A DNA stretch of 64,000 nt from Myxococcales bacterium (GTDB lineage: Bacteria > Myxococcota_A > Polyangia > JAHFDS01), in contig JAHFDS010000004.1 of the NCBI GenBank assembly GCA_023248855.1, positions 27,876 to 91,875 of the forward strand, read 5' to 3'. Shown here piece after piece: positions 51,553 through 60,749 of the stretch (positions are counted from its first letter, which is position 1; every line of letters begins with the position of its first letter). The notes under the pieces were generated by a model that was not told where the DNA came from, searched no databases, and saw nothing but the letters and a program-made list of their open reading frames with translations. Both the position numbers and the translations under genes were made by a program.

Positions 51553-53150
51553 CGCCTGCTGCCGTCGCGAGCGGGCAGCGTCGCGGCGCGCCAGCGCCGC
51601 CTGAACCCGGCGGCCACGAGGATCAAGAGGAGCAACCCGGTCGGAGATCTGACCGCACGGAGCCCGGTCGCACAACCCGAGGCCACCGTCGGGGTGGCCG
51701 GCGGGAGTGCGGCGCCCGACGCACGCGTGCCGGCGGCTCCGGCCTCGTTCGGCGGGCCTCCGCGGCTGCCGCCAGGAGCCGCGGTGGAGCCGCCACCGGA
51801 GGGCCCGACACCGCCACCGGCGGCCGGCACACAGCTCCCCTGTCGGCAGATCAGCCCGCCCTGGCAGAGCAACTCGAGCTCGTTCGTCGCGACGTCCACT
51901 TGACCGTCGCAGTCGTTGTCGATCCCGTCACACACCTCCGGCGTGGGTTGTCGGGCGCTGCACGCCCCCCAGGTTCCTGCCGCGCAGGCTTCGGTCCCCT
52001 CTCCGCAGGCACTCCGGCAGGGGCGCGTGAGGTCCTCGTCGACGCTGCCGTCGCAGTCATTGTCGATCCCGTCGCACACCTCGGGCGCCGGCCCGACACC
52101 TCCCACGCAGGGACCCCAGGTGCCATCGAGCCCGCAGGTCTGCGTCCCCGGGGCGCACTGCCCAGCGGAAGGGCCGCATGGCATTTGGGCCCCACGCGTG
52201 CAGCCGCAGCCTGGATCCACTCGACCGTCGCAGTCATTGTCGATTCCGTCGCACACCTCCGGTGCCGGTGCGGGGGCCGTGCAGCCGATCCAGGCGCCGT
52301 GGCTGCAGTGTTCCTCGCCCGATCCGCAGGCGCTCACACAGCGCCGCACGAGGTCCTCGTCCACCCGTCCATCGCAATTGTTGTCCACGCCGTCACAGAC
52401 CTCGTCGCCGACGACGGTGCCGACGATCCCGGACAGGGCGCCCAGCAGCTCGCCCGGATTGTCGGCCTGATAATAGCAGGGCCGCGGTGACGAGGGCAGG
52501 CTCCCCGTCGCGTCGCAACCGGGTCGCGCGGTGCGCGCGGCCACGGCCACCTGATTCAGGGTGAGCGCATCCACCTCGCCGCCGAACCCCACGACGTAGG
52601 TCACGATACCGGCCGCGTTGAGCCGGGCGACCGCCGCGACGGGATCGCTGCGCGTATCGGGATTGTACGGTGAGCACCATTGCCAGCCGTCGGTAATGAG
52701 AATGGCATACCGCCGCCGGCCAGCCTCCCGGAGCGACCCCACCTCGGCCGCCGCCTCCAGCGTCTGGGCGATGGGCGTCCAGTTGCCGGATACCGGGGGT
52801 GGCGACGCGAGCTGGCCGAGAATCGTGGCTCCTGCGCGCAGCGTCGGCGCCACCGCCACGACCCCTGGGCCGCACCGGCTGGGCGACGGGAACAGCATGA
52901 GGCCCAGCTCTACCTGCCGGTCGAACCGGGTGGCGAGCTGGTCGATGGCGCCCACCGCAATGCTCCATTTGGTCTCGCCTCCTATGGAGCCCGTGATCAT
53001 CGAGCTCGACTTGTCGAGCACCAGCATGACGCGCGCTGGGGTGCAGTCCTGCGCGTGGGCATGCAGCGAGACCGCCAGGACCAATGGGATCACGACCAGC
53101 GAGACGGGGGCTCGCCGAACACGCCACCAGGAGGGACTCGAGATCGTCAT
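51528..53150 (-). CDS. Secreted VWA-domain protein with four Cys-rich EVCDGxDNxCDG modules and a MYXO-CTERM-like tail
   Basis: Signal MTISSPSWWRVRRAPVSLVVIPLVLAVSLHAHA (an upstream start at 53168 is possible). VWA MIDAS start VMLVLDKSSSM. Tail SGCATG...TGLLLLILVAAGFRRRWR. Confidence 0.85.
   Translation of the reverse strand: MTISSPSWWRVRRAPVSLVVIPLVLAVSLHAHAQDCTPARVMLVLDKSSSMITGSIGGETKWSIAVGAIDQLATRFDRQVELGLMLFPSPSRCGPGVVAVAPTLRAGATILGQLASPPPVSGNWTPIAQTLEAAAEVGSLREAGRRRYAILITDGWQWCSPYNPDTRSDPVAAVARLNAAGIVTYVVGFGGEVDALTLNQVAVAARTARPGCDATGSLPSSPRPCYYQADNPGELLGALSGIVGTVVGDEVCDGVDNNCDGRVDEDLVRRCVSACGSGEEHCSHGAWIGCTAPAPAPEVCDGIDNDCDGRVDPGCGCTRGAQMPCGPSAGQCAPGTQTCGLDGTWGPCVGGVGPAPEVCDGIDNDCDGSVDEDLTRPCRSACGEGTEACAAGTWGACSARQPTPEVCDGIDNDCDGQVDVATNELELLCQGGLICRQGSCVPAAGGGVGPSGGGSTAAPGGSRGGPPNEAGAAGTRASGAALPPATPTVASGCATGLRAVRSPTGLLLLILVAAGFRRRWRAATLPARDGSRRHAARGEI
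51830..52412 (-). repeat. Four tandem coding repeats (EVCDG(I/V)DN(D/N)CDG... modules)
   Basis: gaggtgtgcgacgg.atcgacaa.gactgcgacgg recurs four times, about 150 nt apart. Confidence 0.8.
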
Positions 53151-53424
53151 GCGTACGACCACCAGCAACTGTCGGGCCGGGCCGCGAATGAGCGCCCTGG
53201 TGCCACAAGCCCCGCTCCTTCGCGTGCCGTGGCGGTGACCACCCGGTCGAGTCAGCAGGGTGTGCCGATCTCACGTGACGGATCGGCTGTCCTTGCCGGA
53301 TCGGGGGCTCGGGCCACCCCGAGCCGCGAGCTCTCCGCGCCTGAACCGCGTCGGCGCACGTCTTGCTTCCGCCTCCGGACAGTCGATTAGCCGCCGCGAC
53401 TGTCTCTCAGCACACGGAGAATCA

Positions 53425-55512
53425 ATGCCCCCATGGAACGAATCGCAGGTGCGCGCAGGATCCCCCGGCCACAGGTCTGCGCGAAGGCGCGCGCTCGGGA
53501 TGGTGCCCAGGTGGGGCCTCGTCGCCCTAGGTCTGGTCCCGCTCGGTCACCTCGGCTGTGGTTCCGACAGCGGGTCCATCATGCCAGCGTCGGAGTCCGA
53601 GCCAACCTGCGGGGCCAGCAAGTGCGATTCCACGCTGGCCGACGTCAGTCTCACGTTCTCCGAGAAGCTGACCGGTCGATTCCGTCCAGGGGATGCAGAC
53701 AGCTCGCCCGCCCATCTCGACGCTCTCGACGCCGATTCTGGCGTGGCCTGCGAAATCAGCGCGGTTCACGCAATCGACAGCGTGGCTGGATTCCTCGCTG
53801 ATCGCAATCACACGGCCAAGCTCTCCGGCGAGATCAGGATCGCCCGGCTCGGAGGGAACGAGGGTGTCGTCGCAGGGATAGAGGACGGCAGTACGTTCGA
53901 CTATCTCCGTGTCAACCCGGCCACCGGGGTGCGAGAGACCAGGTATTTGATCCGCTTTAGCCACCAGGATGTGCGGTACGTGCTGCGGGCCGACCGGCAG
54001 CTGCGGAGAGACACGGCGAAGGACAAGTCGATCGATGATTTCCGTTCGCTCATTCCGGAGGTCGTCAAGGACGCCACGGTGGCCTATGGAACGCTCGCCA
54101 AGGAGGAGCCAGGTGGGGACCTTGGTTCGTTGCGCATTGTCTCGGTGGGTGACATGCGCTCGTGGGACGACCTGGTGGACGTGGCCCGATTCTTCTTGAA
54201 GATGGAGGCTCGCGGCGGGAGCGCGATCGGTCGACTCCTGGCTCGAACCACGCTCCTGGCGTTCACGACCGGTATCCTGACGGATGAGTATTTCCCGTCG
54301 GTCACGAACCCCATCGGAATCGATCGGGTCGGGCTCGAGGCGGCTCTGACCCAGCCCAGCTCCGCCGAGATCTGCCAGACACGCGACGACGAATCCTGCC
54401 AGGCCCTGCGCGCGATCGATGCGAGCCCCCCAGAACACACGGCGGCCAGGGTGGCCGAGCTCGCGAACATCATCTCGCGGCGTCTTCAGGGAGGCGGACG
54501 GTCAGAGGCCCTGCGGGACCCCGTAGTGCATTACTTCCTGCGGGAGCGCGGGCCGGCGCTGTTTGCCTACAATCACCTCACGCAATTCGGAGAGCGCCAG
54601 GTTGCCGATTACTCCGCCGAGGCGACGCGACTCCTGTCCACGCACTACCCAGCGTACCCTGCGGCAGCCTTCGCCCTGGCGCGACCGAAGCGCCCACCCG
54701 CGCCGACCCCCGCCAGCTGCTCGAAACGCGAGGCATTGATCCTCTCTCCCGGTCTCTTCCGAGCGACGGGCGGTGAGGAGCTCCGCGAGGTCTTCGAGGC
54801 CCTCCAGCGGTATTTCCCGTGCCTCGAGGTCGTACGCGCCGATCCGGCCACCTACGCCACCACCCGGGACGCTGCTCGGACGTTCTACGAGGCCGCGATG
54901 AGCGTAGACGCGTCCCTCCCGCTGCACCTGGTCGCCCACAGCGCAGGCGCCAACAGGGTTCTCGAGGCGCTGGTCGAGCACCCTGACCTCGCCGCCAGGA
55001 CCCGCACCGTGGTGTCTCTACAGCCCACTGCCCACGGCACCGCCGTCGCTGGTCTACTCGACACCGTCTTGCACGGGATCCCCGGTGAGGCGGTCGCAGA
55101 TCTGACCCCCGAGGCTGGCGCGAGCTTCTGGGCGTCGCAGGGCTCCAAGCTGCCCACTGACGTTCTGTACCTCACCTTGCGTGCCGTCGCCATCTACCCC
55201 GAGGAGAACATTCCGACGAGCAATCGCATCAACTATCGCTACCTCCGTAGCGTGGATGGCGTGCGAATTCCCTACAACGACATGCAGGCGCTCCTCACCG
55301 CTCAGTATCTCGGCGGCCCGGTCGGCGACGTCGAGGTCCTCAGCAAGGTGGTGGAGGGCAATCACTATCAGTGGGGGCTCGCGCGCGGCGACTGCCCCAA
55401 CTGGGTCATGCCGCCCGAGATGTCCGACCGTATCCCTCGAGCGGCCTACTTTCTCGGCTACTACCAGGCCCTTCATGAGGTCGGGCTATTCCTGCCCGAC
55501 CCACCGCGCTGA
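53425..55512 (+). CDS. Lipoprotein, unknown function; C-terminal part has an alpha/beta-hydrolase-like AHSAG elbow
   Basis: ATG 53425 is in frame with track ORF 53260... Lipobox LVPLGHLGC. LHLVAHSAGANRVLE. Composition is coding-like. Confidence 0.7.
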   Translation: MPPWNESQVRAGSPGHRSARRRALGMVPRWGLVALGLVPLGHLGCGSDSGSIMPASESEPTCGASKCDSTLADVSLTFSEKLTGRFRPGDADSSPAHLDALDADSGVACEISAVHAIDSVAGFLADRNHTAKLSGEIRIARLGGNEGVVAGIEDGSTFDYLRVNPATGVRETRYLIRFSHQDVRYVLRADRQLRRDTAKDKSIDDFRSLIPEVVKDATVAYGTLAKEEPGGDLGSLRIVSVGDMRSWDDLVDVARFFLKMEARGGSAIGRLLARTTLLAFTTGILTDEYFPSVTNPIGIDRVGLEAALTQPSSAEICQTRDDESCQALRAIDASPPEHTAARVAELANIISRRLQGGGRSEALRDPVVHYFLRERGPALFAYNHLTQFGERQVADYSAEATRLLSTHYPAYPAAAFALARPKRPPAPTPASCSKREALILSPGLFRATGGEELREVFEALQRYFPCLEVVRADPATYATTRDAARTFYEAAMSVDASLPLHLVAHSAGANRVLEALVEHPDLAARTRTVVSLQPTAHGTAVAGLLDTVLHGIPGEAVADLTPEAGASFWASQGSKLPTDVLYLTLRAVAIYPEENIPTSNRINYRYLRSVDGVRIPYNDMQALLTAQYLGGPVGDVEVLSKVVEGNHYQWGLARGDCPNWVMPPEMSDRIPRAAYFLGYYQALHEVGLFLPDPPR

Positions 55513-55569
55513 CGGATTCGCAGCGCTCGGCTGGGCTCTTTGTCGACGCACGTCACAGGTGAGAGGAGG

Positions 55570-57681
55570 ATGGCAATGCGATACGGACATCTCGGAGGGA
55601 TCTGGGCTCTTGCGGCCCTCACGCTGGGCTGCAGCTCCGCGCCGGACGGGGAGGCGGCCACGAGCGGGCCTGCCTGCGTCGGCAAGTGCGATGACCCGGG
55701 CGACTCGAGCGGCGAGCAATACGATCGGTTCCGCTCCTTCTCCGAGACCATCGGCGGCATCCCTGGCCACCTGCCGCCGAATTCAGAGCTCGCGAGCGCA
55801 TACTACGGCATGACGGACTCGCAACGCATCGGCCTCGCCACGTGGGACCTGTTCGCCTCTGACGGCAAGTTCTTCCGCACGACCCAGTTGGCCACGCAAG
55901 GAGGCGCCAACATGCTCCGTGTCCTCGATTCCCGCCGTCGCAAGGGGAGATTTTCTCGGTTCGGGGGCCTGAACGATCCGGGGTGCCGGGCGCGCACGAC
56001 GCCCGACGCATTTGGCCTGTACCTCGATGATTGTCCCGATGATCCCTACGCGAGCGGCGTGATCGGCCTACGCCTGCGCCCGAATCCGGCCTTCGACCGC
56101 CGGTCCTGGGACAAGGCAGGCGGCGCGAAGGGGCACCTGGATCCCAAGGGGGACGGGTGGAAGGTCGAGCCGCCCTACCTCGTCGCGATGGCATGCACGA
56201 TCTGCCATGCGTCCCCGAACCCGCACAGCCCCCCGCGCGATATCGACAATCCGACCTGGAAGGAGATCGTGTTCGGCTTCGGCAACCAATACTTCCGCGA
56301 GGGCATGGCCTTCTCGGATGGGCTGGCGGATGACGACTTCGTCCGGCAGATCACGCAGGCGCAGCGCCCGGGCACCTCCGATACCTCGCGGGTTGCGGCC
56401 GATCACATCTTCAATCCGACGGCCATCAACAGCATCGCCAACCTGCACTTCCGGCCGACCTTCGAGGAGCGCGTCGCACCGGACGACGATAACCTCGACA
56501 AGCGGCCTTGCTCGGACGGCCGCGGAACCTGTGCCCAGACCTACCACATCCTCATTGACGGTGCGGACTCGAGCGGCCCCACAGGAGCCGCATTGCGGGT
56601 CTTCATCAACGTCGGATCCTGCGCGGACCAGTTCTTCAGCCGGATCGATGCGGTCTGGGGCCGCAAGACCCAGGGGGTCTTGTCGCGACGCGAGCTGACG
56701 GAGAAATGCAAGGAGTACCAACAACTGACCGGCCTGGTGGGACCGCTGGTCGACTTCCTGGGCATCCTCAAGCCCTTCAAGCTCGCGGACGCGCCTGGAG
56801 GCCCATCGCACCTGACCGCGGACGAGGCGACCCTGAGCAGGGGAAGGCTCGCGTTCGCGGAGCGGTGTGCCACCTGCCACTCGAGCAAGCAGCCCGATGA
56901 CCCCGACTTCAAGGCCGGCGATCCGAGTACGTGGTTCTCCGAGAAGCGGCTGGCCTTCTTCAGGTCCGCCGTCGGCGCACCGGATTTTCTCGAGGGGAAT
57001 TTCCTCTCCAGCGACGTTCGGTTCCCGGCCAATGCCATTGGGACCAACCTGGCGCGCGCCTTCGGAACGAATGCGAGCTCCGGGCACATCTGGCAGGAGT
57101 ACGCTTCGCTCGACTACCGCCAGCTGCCGGCGATCGACGCCATCCCCGAGCTCGACGGCGCCTCCGGCGAGTCGCACCTGCTGCCAGCGCCCGCCGGGGG
57201 GCTTGGCTACTACCGGCCGCCTTCCCTCATTCACATCTGGGCGACCGCGCCGTTCCTCCACAACAATGCCCTCGGGAAATTCGTCCAGGATCCATCGGTG
57301 GCGGGCCGCCTGGAGGCATTCGACGATGCGGCGAGGAAGCTCTTGTACCCGGAAGAGCGCGACGGGATGGTCATGCGCACGGATCGGTTGAGCTGGTACC
57401 ACCTGGACGTGCTGGGACTGCTGACCCTGCCAATGCCGGTACCGAAGGGGCTGGCAGTGTCGATGATAGCCAACCTCGACCTCGCGAGGGACGTCGTCAA
57501 CCGGCTGCGCGAGGTCGTGAGCTTGCGAGATCTCCTCACGGGACCGGTCCAGGCGCTCTACGAGGCGCTCCAGTCCGGCCTCACGGTCTACGACCCGGTC
57601 GAGGACCGCGGTCACACCTTCGGCGCCGACCTGTCGGATGCCGACAAGCAGGCGCTCATTGCCTACATGAAGACCTTCTGA
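55570..57681 (+). CDS. Di-haem c-type cytochrome lipoprotein
   Basis: ATG 55570 with gagaggagga upstream. Lipobox LAALTLGC. Two CxxCH motifs: MACTICHAS and ERCATCHSS. Confidence 0.75.
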   Translation: MAMRYGHLGGIWALAALTLGCSSAPDGEAATSGPACVGKCDDPGDSSGEQYDRFRSFSETIGGIPGHLPPNSELASAYYGMTDSQRIGLATWDLFASDGKFFRTTQLATQGGANMLRVLDSRRRKGRFSRFGGLNDPGCRARTTPDAFGLYLDDCPDDPYASGVIGLRLRPNPAFDRRSWDKAGGAKGHLDPKGDGWKVEPPYLVAMACTICHASPNPHSPPRDIDNPTWKEIVFGFGNQYFREGMAFSDGLADDDFVRQITQAQRPGTSDTSRVAADHIFNPTAINSIANLHFRPTFEERVAPDDDNLDKRPCSDGRGTCAQTYHILIDGADSSGPTGAALRVFINVGSCADQFFSRIDAVWGRKTQGVLSRRELTEKCKEYQQLTGLVGPLVDFLGILKPFKLADAPGGPSHLTADEATLSRGRLAFAERCATCHSSKQPDDPDFKAGDPSTWFSEKRLAFFRSAVGAPDFLEGNFLSSDVRFPANAIGTNLARAFGTNASSGHIWQEYASLDYRQLPAIDAIPELDGASGESHLLPAPAGGLGYYRPPSLIHIWATAPFLHNNALGKFVQDPSVAGRLEAFDDAARKLLYPEERDGMVMRTDRLSWYHLDVLGLLTLPMPVPKGLAVSMIANLDLARDVVNRLREVVSLRDLLTGPVQALYEALQSGLTVYDPVEDRGHTFGADLSDADKQALIAYMKTF

Positions 57682-59678
57682 TGCGTGCGAGGAAGCGAGA
57701 GATGTGGCTGGGAACGGGGGCTCGCGCAGTCACGGTGAGCATTGGCTTCGTCCTGGGTGCCGGGTGCCAGGGCGCACCGCCGGGTGAGGCGCGTCCGGAC
57801 CCCGATGCGCAGGGGCCGAGCTGCCTGGGGTCGAAGTGCGACAGCTTCGCTGACGGGGATTTCGAGTACGTCGTGGTCGGCTCGGGCGCCGGCGGAGGTC
57901 CCCTGGCGGCGAACCTGGCTCGCGCCGGCCACCGCGTGCTGCTGCTGGAGGCCGGCGCCGACGCGGGGGATCGCCTCGCCTACCAGATCCCCGCGTGGCA
58001 CACCATCTCGACCGAGGATCCAGCGCTCGCCTGGAGCTATTTCGTGAGCCATCACGAGGACGCCACGCAGGCCCGCCGGGACAGCAAGATGACCCTGGAT
58101 CCGCAGGGGCGCCCGCGTGGAGTTCTCTATCCCCGTGGAGGCACGCTCGGTGGCTCCACGGCGGTCAACGCCATGATCGCGGTGTACCCCCACCGGAGCG
58201 ACTGGGACCGGATCGCCAGCACGACCGGCGACGCGAGCTGGAGCTCGGGCGCCATGCGCGACTACTTCGCCCGACTGGAGCGGAACCTGCATCTGGGGCC
58301 GGCGGCCGGGCACGGCGTGAAGGGATGGCTGCCGGTCGAGCTCGCCAGCGTGGCCCTGGCGCTCAAGGACACAACGCTGGTGCGAATTCTGGTGTCCGCG
58401 GTGGCTGCCGTGACGGACGCGGTCGATACGGGTTCCCTGCTCGACCTTGCGCACGACGTTCGGCATCTGCTCGAGCTCCTCACCGTGGACGCCAATGCCG
58501 ACACGCCAGGGCGCGACACGCAGGAGGGCCTCGTGCGCATTCCACAGTCGACCGACCGTGGACACCGCAAGGGCACGCGAGAGCGCATCCTCGACACCAT
58601 CGCCGAGGGATTCCCGCTCACCTTGCGCACGCGCACCCTCGTGACGCGGGTGCTGTTCGACGATGCGGTGGCCGGGCCGCCGCGGGCTGTGGGCGTCGAA
58701 TGGCGCACGGGGGCTCACCTCTACGGCGCCGATCCCGCCGCCCTCCCTGGCGCGACCGGACACGTCGGTCGCATCCGCGTCACGCGCGAGGTGATCCTGT
58801 CGGCGGGTGCGTTCAACACGCCGCAGCTGCTGGCCCTGTCGGGCCTCGGGCCGCGCGCCGAGCTCGAGCGGCACGGCATCCCGGTTCGCGTCGACCTGCC
58901 GGGCATGGGCAAGAACCTGCAGGATCGTTACGAGATCGGCGTGGTCGCCGAGGCCTCCAGCGACCTGTCCGCGCTGGCAGGCTGCAGCTTCGACGGCAGT
59001 GACGACGATCGCTGCTACGCCGAATGGATGGCGGGCAGCGGGACCTACACGACCAATGGCGGCGTGGTTGGCCTGGTGCGTCGCTCCCGGCCAGACCTGG
59101 AGCTGCCAGACCTGTTCCTCTTCGGCCTGCCTGGTTATTTCAAGGGCTATTTCCCGGGCTACGGCAAGGGCGCGGTGGTCGATCATCGGCACTTTACCTG
59201 GACCATCCTCAAGGCACACACGAAGAACCACGCCGGCACCGTCTCGCTGCGCTCGGCTGACCCTCGTGATCCCCCCGACATTCGTTTCCGCTACTTCGAA
59301 GAGGGCGGCGACGAGGATCTGGCGGCGGTGGTCGCCGGGGTCAAGCTCGCTCGCGAGCTGGTCGAGCGAACCAACCAGCTCATGCTGGTCGGGACGTTTC
59401 GCGAGGTGCTCCCCGGGCCTACCGTCCGCACGGATGCGGACATTGCGGCCTTCGTGCGCAACGAAGCCTGGGGCCACCATGCCTGCTGCACCGCCAAGAT
59501 CGGCGCCGACGCCGATCCCATGGCCGTCCTCGATGCACGGTTCCGCGTCCGCGGCACCCAGGGGCTCAGGGTGGTCGACGCCTCGGTCTTCCCCGACATC
59601 CCCGGCTTCTTCCTGGTCGTCCCCACGTACATGGTCAGCGAGAAGGCCTCCGACGTGATTCTCGAGGACGCTCATTGA
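57681..59678 (+). CDS. GMC-family FAD oxidoreductase with lipoprotein signal
   Basis: ATG 57681 shares one base with the upstream TGA. Lipobox FVLGAGC. YVVVGSGAGGGPLAANLARAGHRVLLLEAG. C-terminus HHACCTAKIG...RVVDASVFP. Confidence 0.88.
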   Translation: MRARKREMWLGTGARAVTVSIGFVLGAGCQGAPPGEARPDPDAQGPSCLGSKCDSFADGDFEYVVVGSGAGGGPLAANLARAGHRVLLLEAGADAGDRLAYQIPAWHTISTEDPALAWSYFVSHHEDATQARRDSKMTLDPQGRPRGVLYPRGGTLGGSTAVNAMIAVYPHRSDWDRIASTTGDASWSSGAMRDYFARLERNLHLGPAAGHGVKGWLPVELASVALALKDTTLVRILVSAVAAVTDAVDTGSLLDLAHDVRHLLELLTVDANADTPGRDTQEGLVRIPQSTDRGHRKGTRERILDTIAEGFPLTLRTRTLVTRVLFDDAVAGPPRAVGVEWRTGAHLYGADPAALPGATGHVGRIRVTREVILSAGAFNTPQLLALSGLGPRAELERHGIPVRVDLPGMGKNLQDRYEIGVVAEASSDLSALAGCSFDGSDDDRCYAEWMAGSGTYTTNGGVVGLVRRSRPDLELPDLFLFGLPGYFKGYFPGYGKGAVVDHRHFTWTILKAHTKNHAGTVSLRSADPRDPPDIRFRYFEEGGDEDLAAVVAGVKLARELVERTNQLMLVGTFREVLPGPTVRTDADIAAFVRNEAWGHHACCTAKIGADADPMAVLDARFRVRGTQGLRVVDASVFPDIPGFFLVVPTYMVSEKASDVILEDAH

Positions 59679-59754
59679 GGCGTACGCCCCTGCATGGGGT
59701 TCGGCTCGAATGGACCGAGCAGGCTCAGACTCATTTCCTCAAGGAGGAACGAGA

Positions 59755-60333
59755 ATGCTCAAGTGGAGTGCAAGGCTACTCGTCGTTGGCTGGCTGGCGG
59801 CTTCGATTGGCTGCGGCGGCGGCGAGGCCCTCGTCGACGACGGCGAGATCGACGACGTCGAAGCGAATGGCAGGCAGGATGGGGTGGGCGTGCCGATTGG
59901 CGCCTACGTGGAGTCGGTGCCGCAGGTCACCCACATCATCCAGCTGGATCTGGGTGCGGACCGGAGGTTCACGAGCAGGACGATGGTCGCCTGCATGGCG
60001 GCCACGTGTCAGCCGCTGCACGATGGCGGATCCTACCGGCTCACGAGGTCCGGCGACCTCCGGTACCTCCGCCTCGCACGCCAGTCGAGCCGCACGGTCG
60101 ATCGCTTCGAGTACAGGCTCGTGCGCCAGTCGGGAGGTCGGTCCATCCTCTCCCTGCGCAAGGTCGACGACGCAGGGTGGTACGATCTAAGGCCTTCCGA
60201 CGGAGCTGCGCTGTGCGGCGGCATTGCGAACCTCACGTGCGCGCCCGGGCAAGAGTGCCAGCTCGACGGCGCGTCCCCGGACGCCGGAGGCCACTGTGTT
60301 CCGGGGGCCTCCGGACCGGCTGCAAGGACTTGA
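59755..60333 (+). CDS. Small lipoprotein, unknown function
   Basis: ATG 59755 with aaggagga upstream. Lipobox WLAASIGC. Cys-rich end: CGGIANLTCAPGQECQLDG...GGHC. Confidence 0.7.
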   Translation: MLKWSARLLVVGWLAASIGCGGGEALVDDGEIDDVEANGRQDGVGVPIGAYVESVPQVTHIIQLDLGADRRFTSRTMVACMAATCQPLHDGGSYRLTRSGDLRYLRLARQSSRTVDRFEYRLVRQSGGRSILSLRKVDDAGWYDLRPSDGAALCGGIANLTCAPGQECQLDGASPDAGGHCVPGASGPAART

Positions 60334-60434
60334 GAATACCCCGTCAGCCAGCCTGCAGAAAGATCATCCCGGAGGCGCCAATGTGACAGACCCGCACAGG
60401 GCGCGAATGGGTGCCTGAGATCTCCTCGCTGTGA

Positions 60435-60689
60435 TTTCAACCCCATCGGTCAATCAGCCTGGTCGCGGCGGGCATCTACGTCGCCACCGGGTTGGCGAGT
60501 GACAAGCCCCTGCCGGAGTACTCTCTGGGATTCGTCTACCTGCCGGCGTTCGTCGGTTGTGTCGTTGGCGGCCTGTGGACCACCAAGCACGGCGCTTCGC
60601 TCGCCAAGAGGTTGAATCTTCGCCGGCTGAAGCTAGCCTTTGCGCTGGTCCTGCTCACCGCGGCCGGGAAGATGCTGTTTCGCACCTGA
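60435..60689 (+). pseudogene. C-terminal fragment of a TauE/SafE (DUF81)-type membrane-transporter gene
   Basis: The frame opens right after a TGA at 60432. ISLVAAGIYVATGLAS...FVGCVVGGLWTTKHGASLAKRLNLRRLKLAFALVLLTAAGKMLF resembles the last two helices of that family. There is no upstream part. Confidence 0.35.
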
Positions 60690-60749
60690 TGGTGTCTGCG
60701 GTGCCGAGGTCGCCGAGGAGTCGCAGACGGCCACTCTCGAGGGTGGCGC

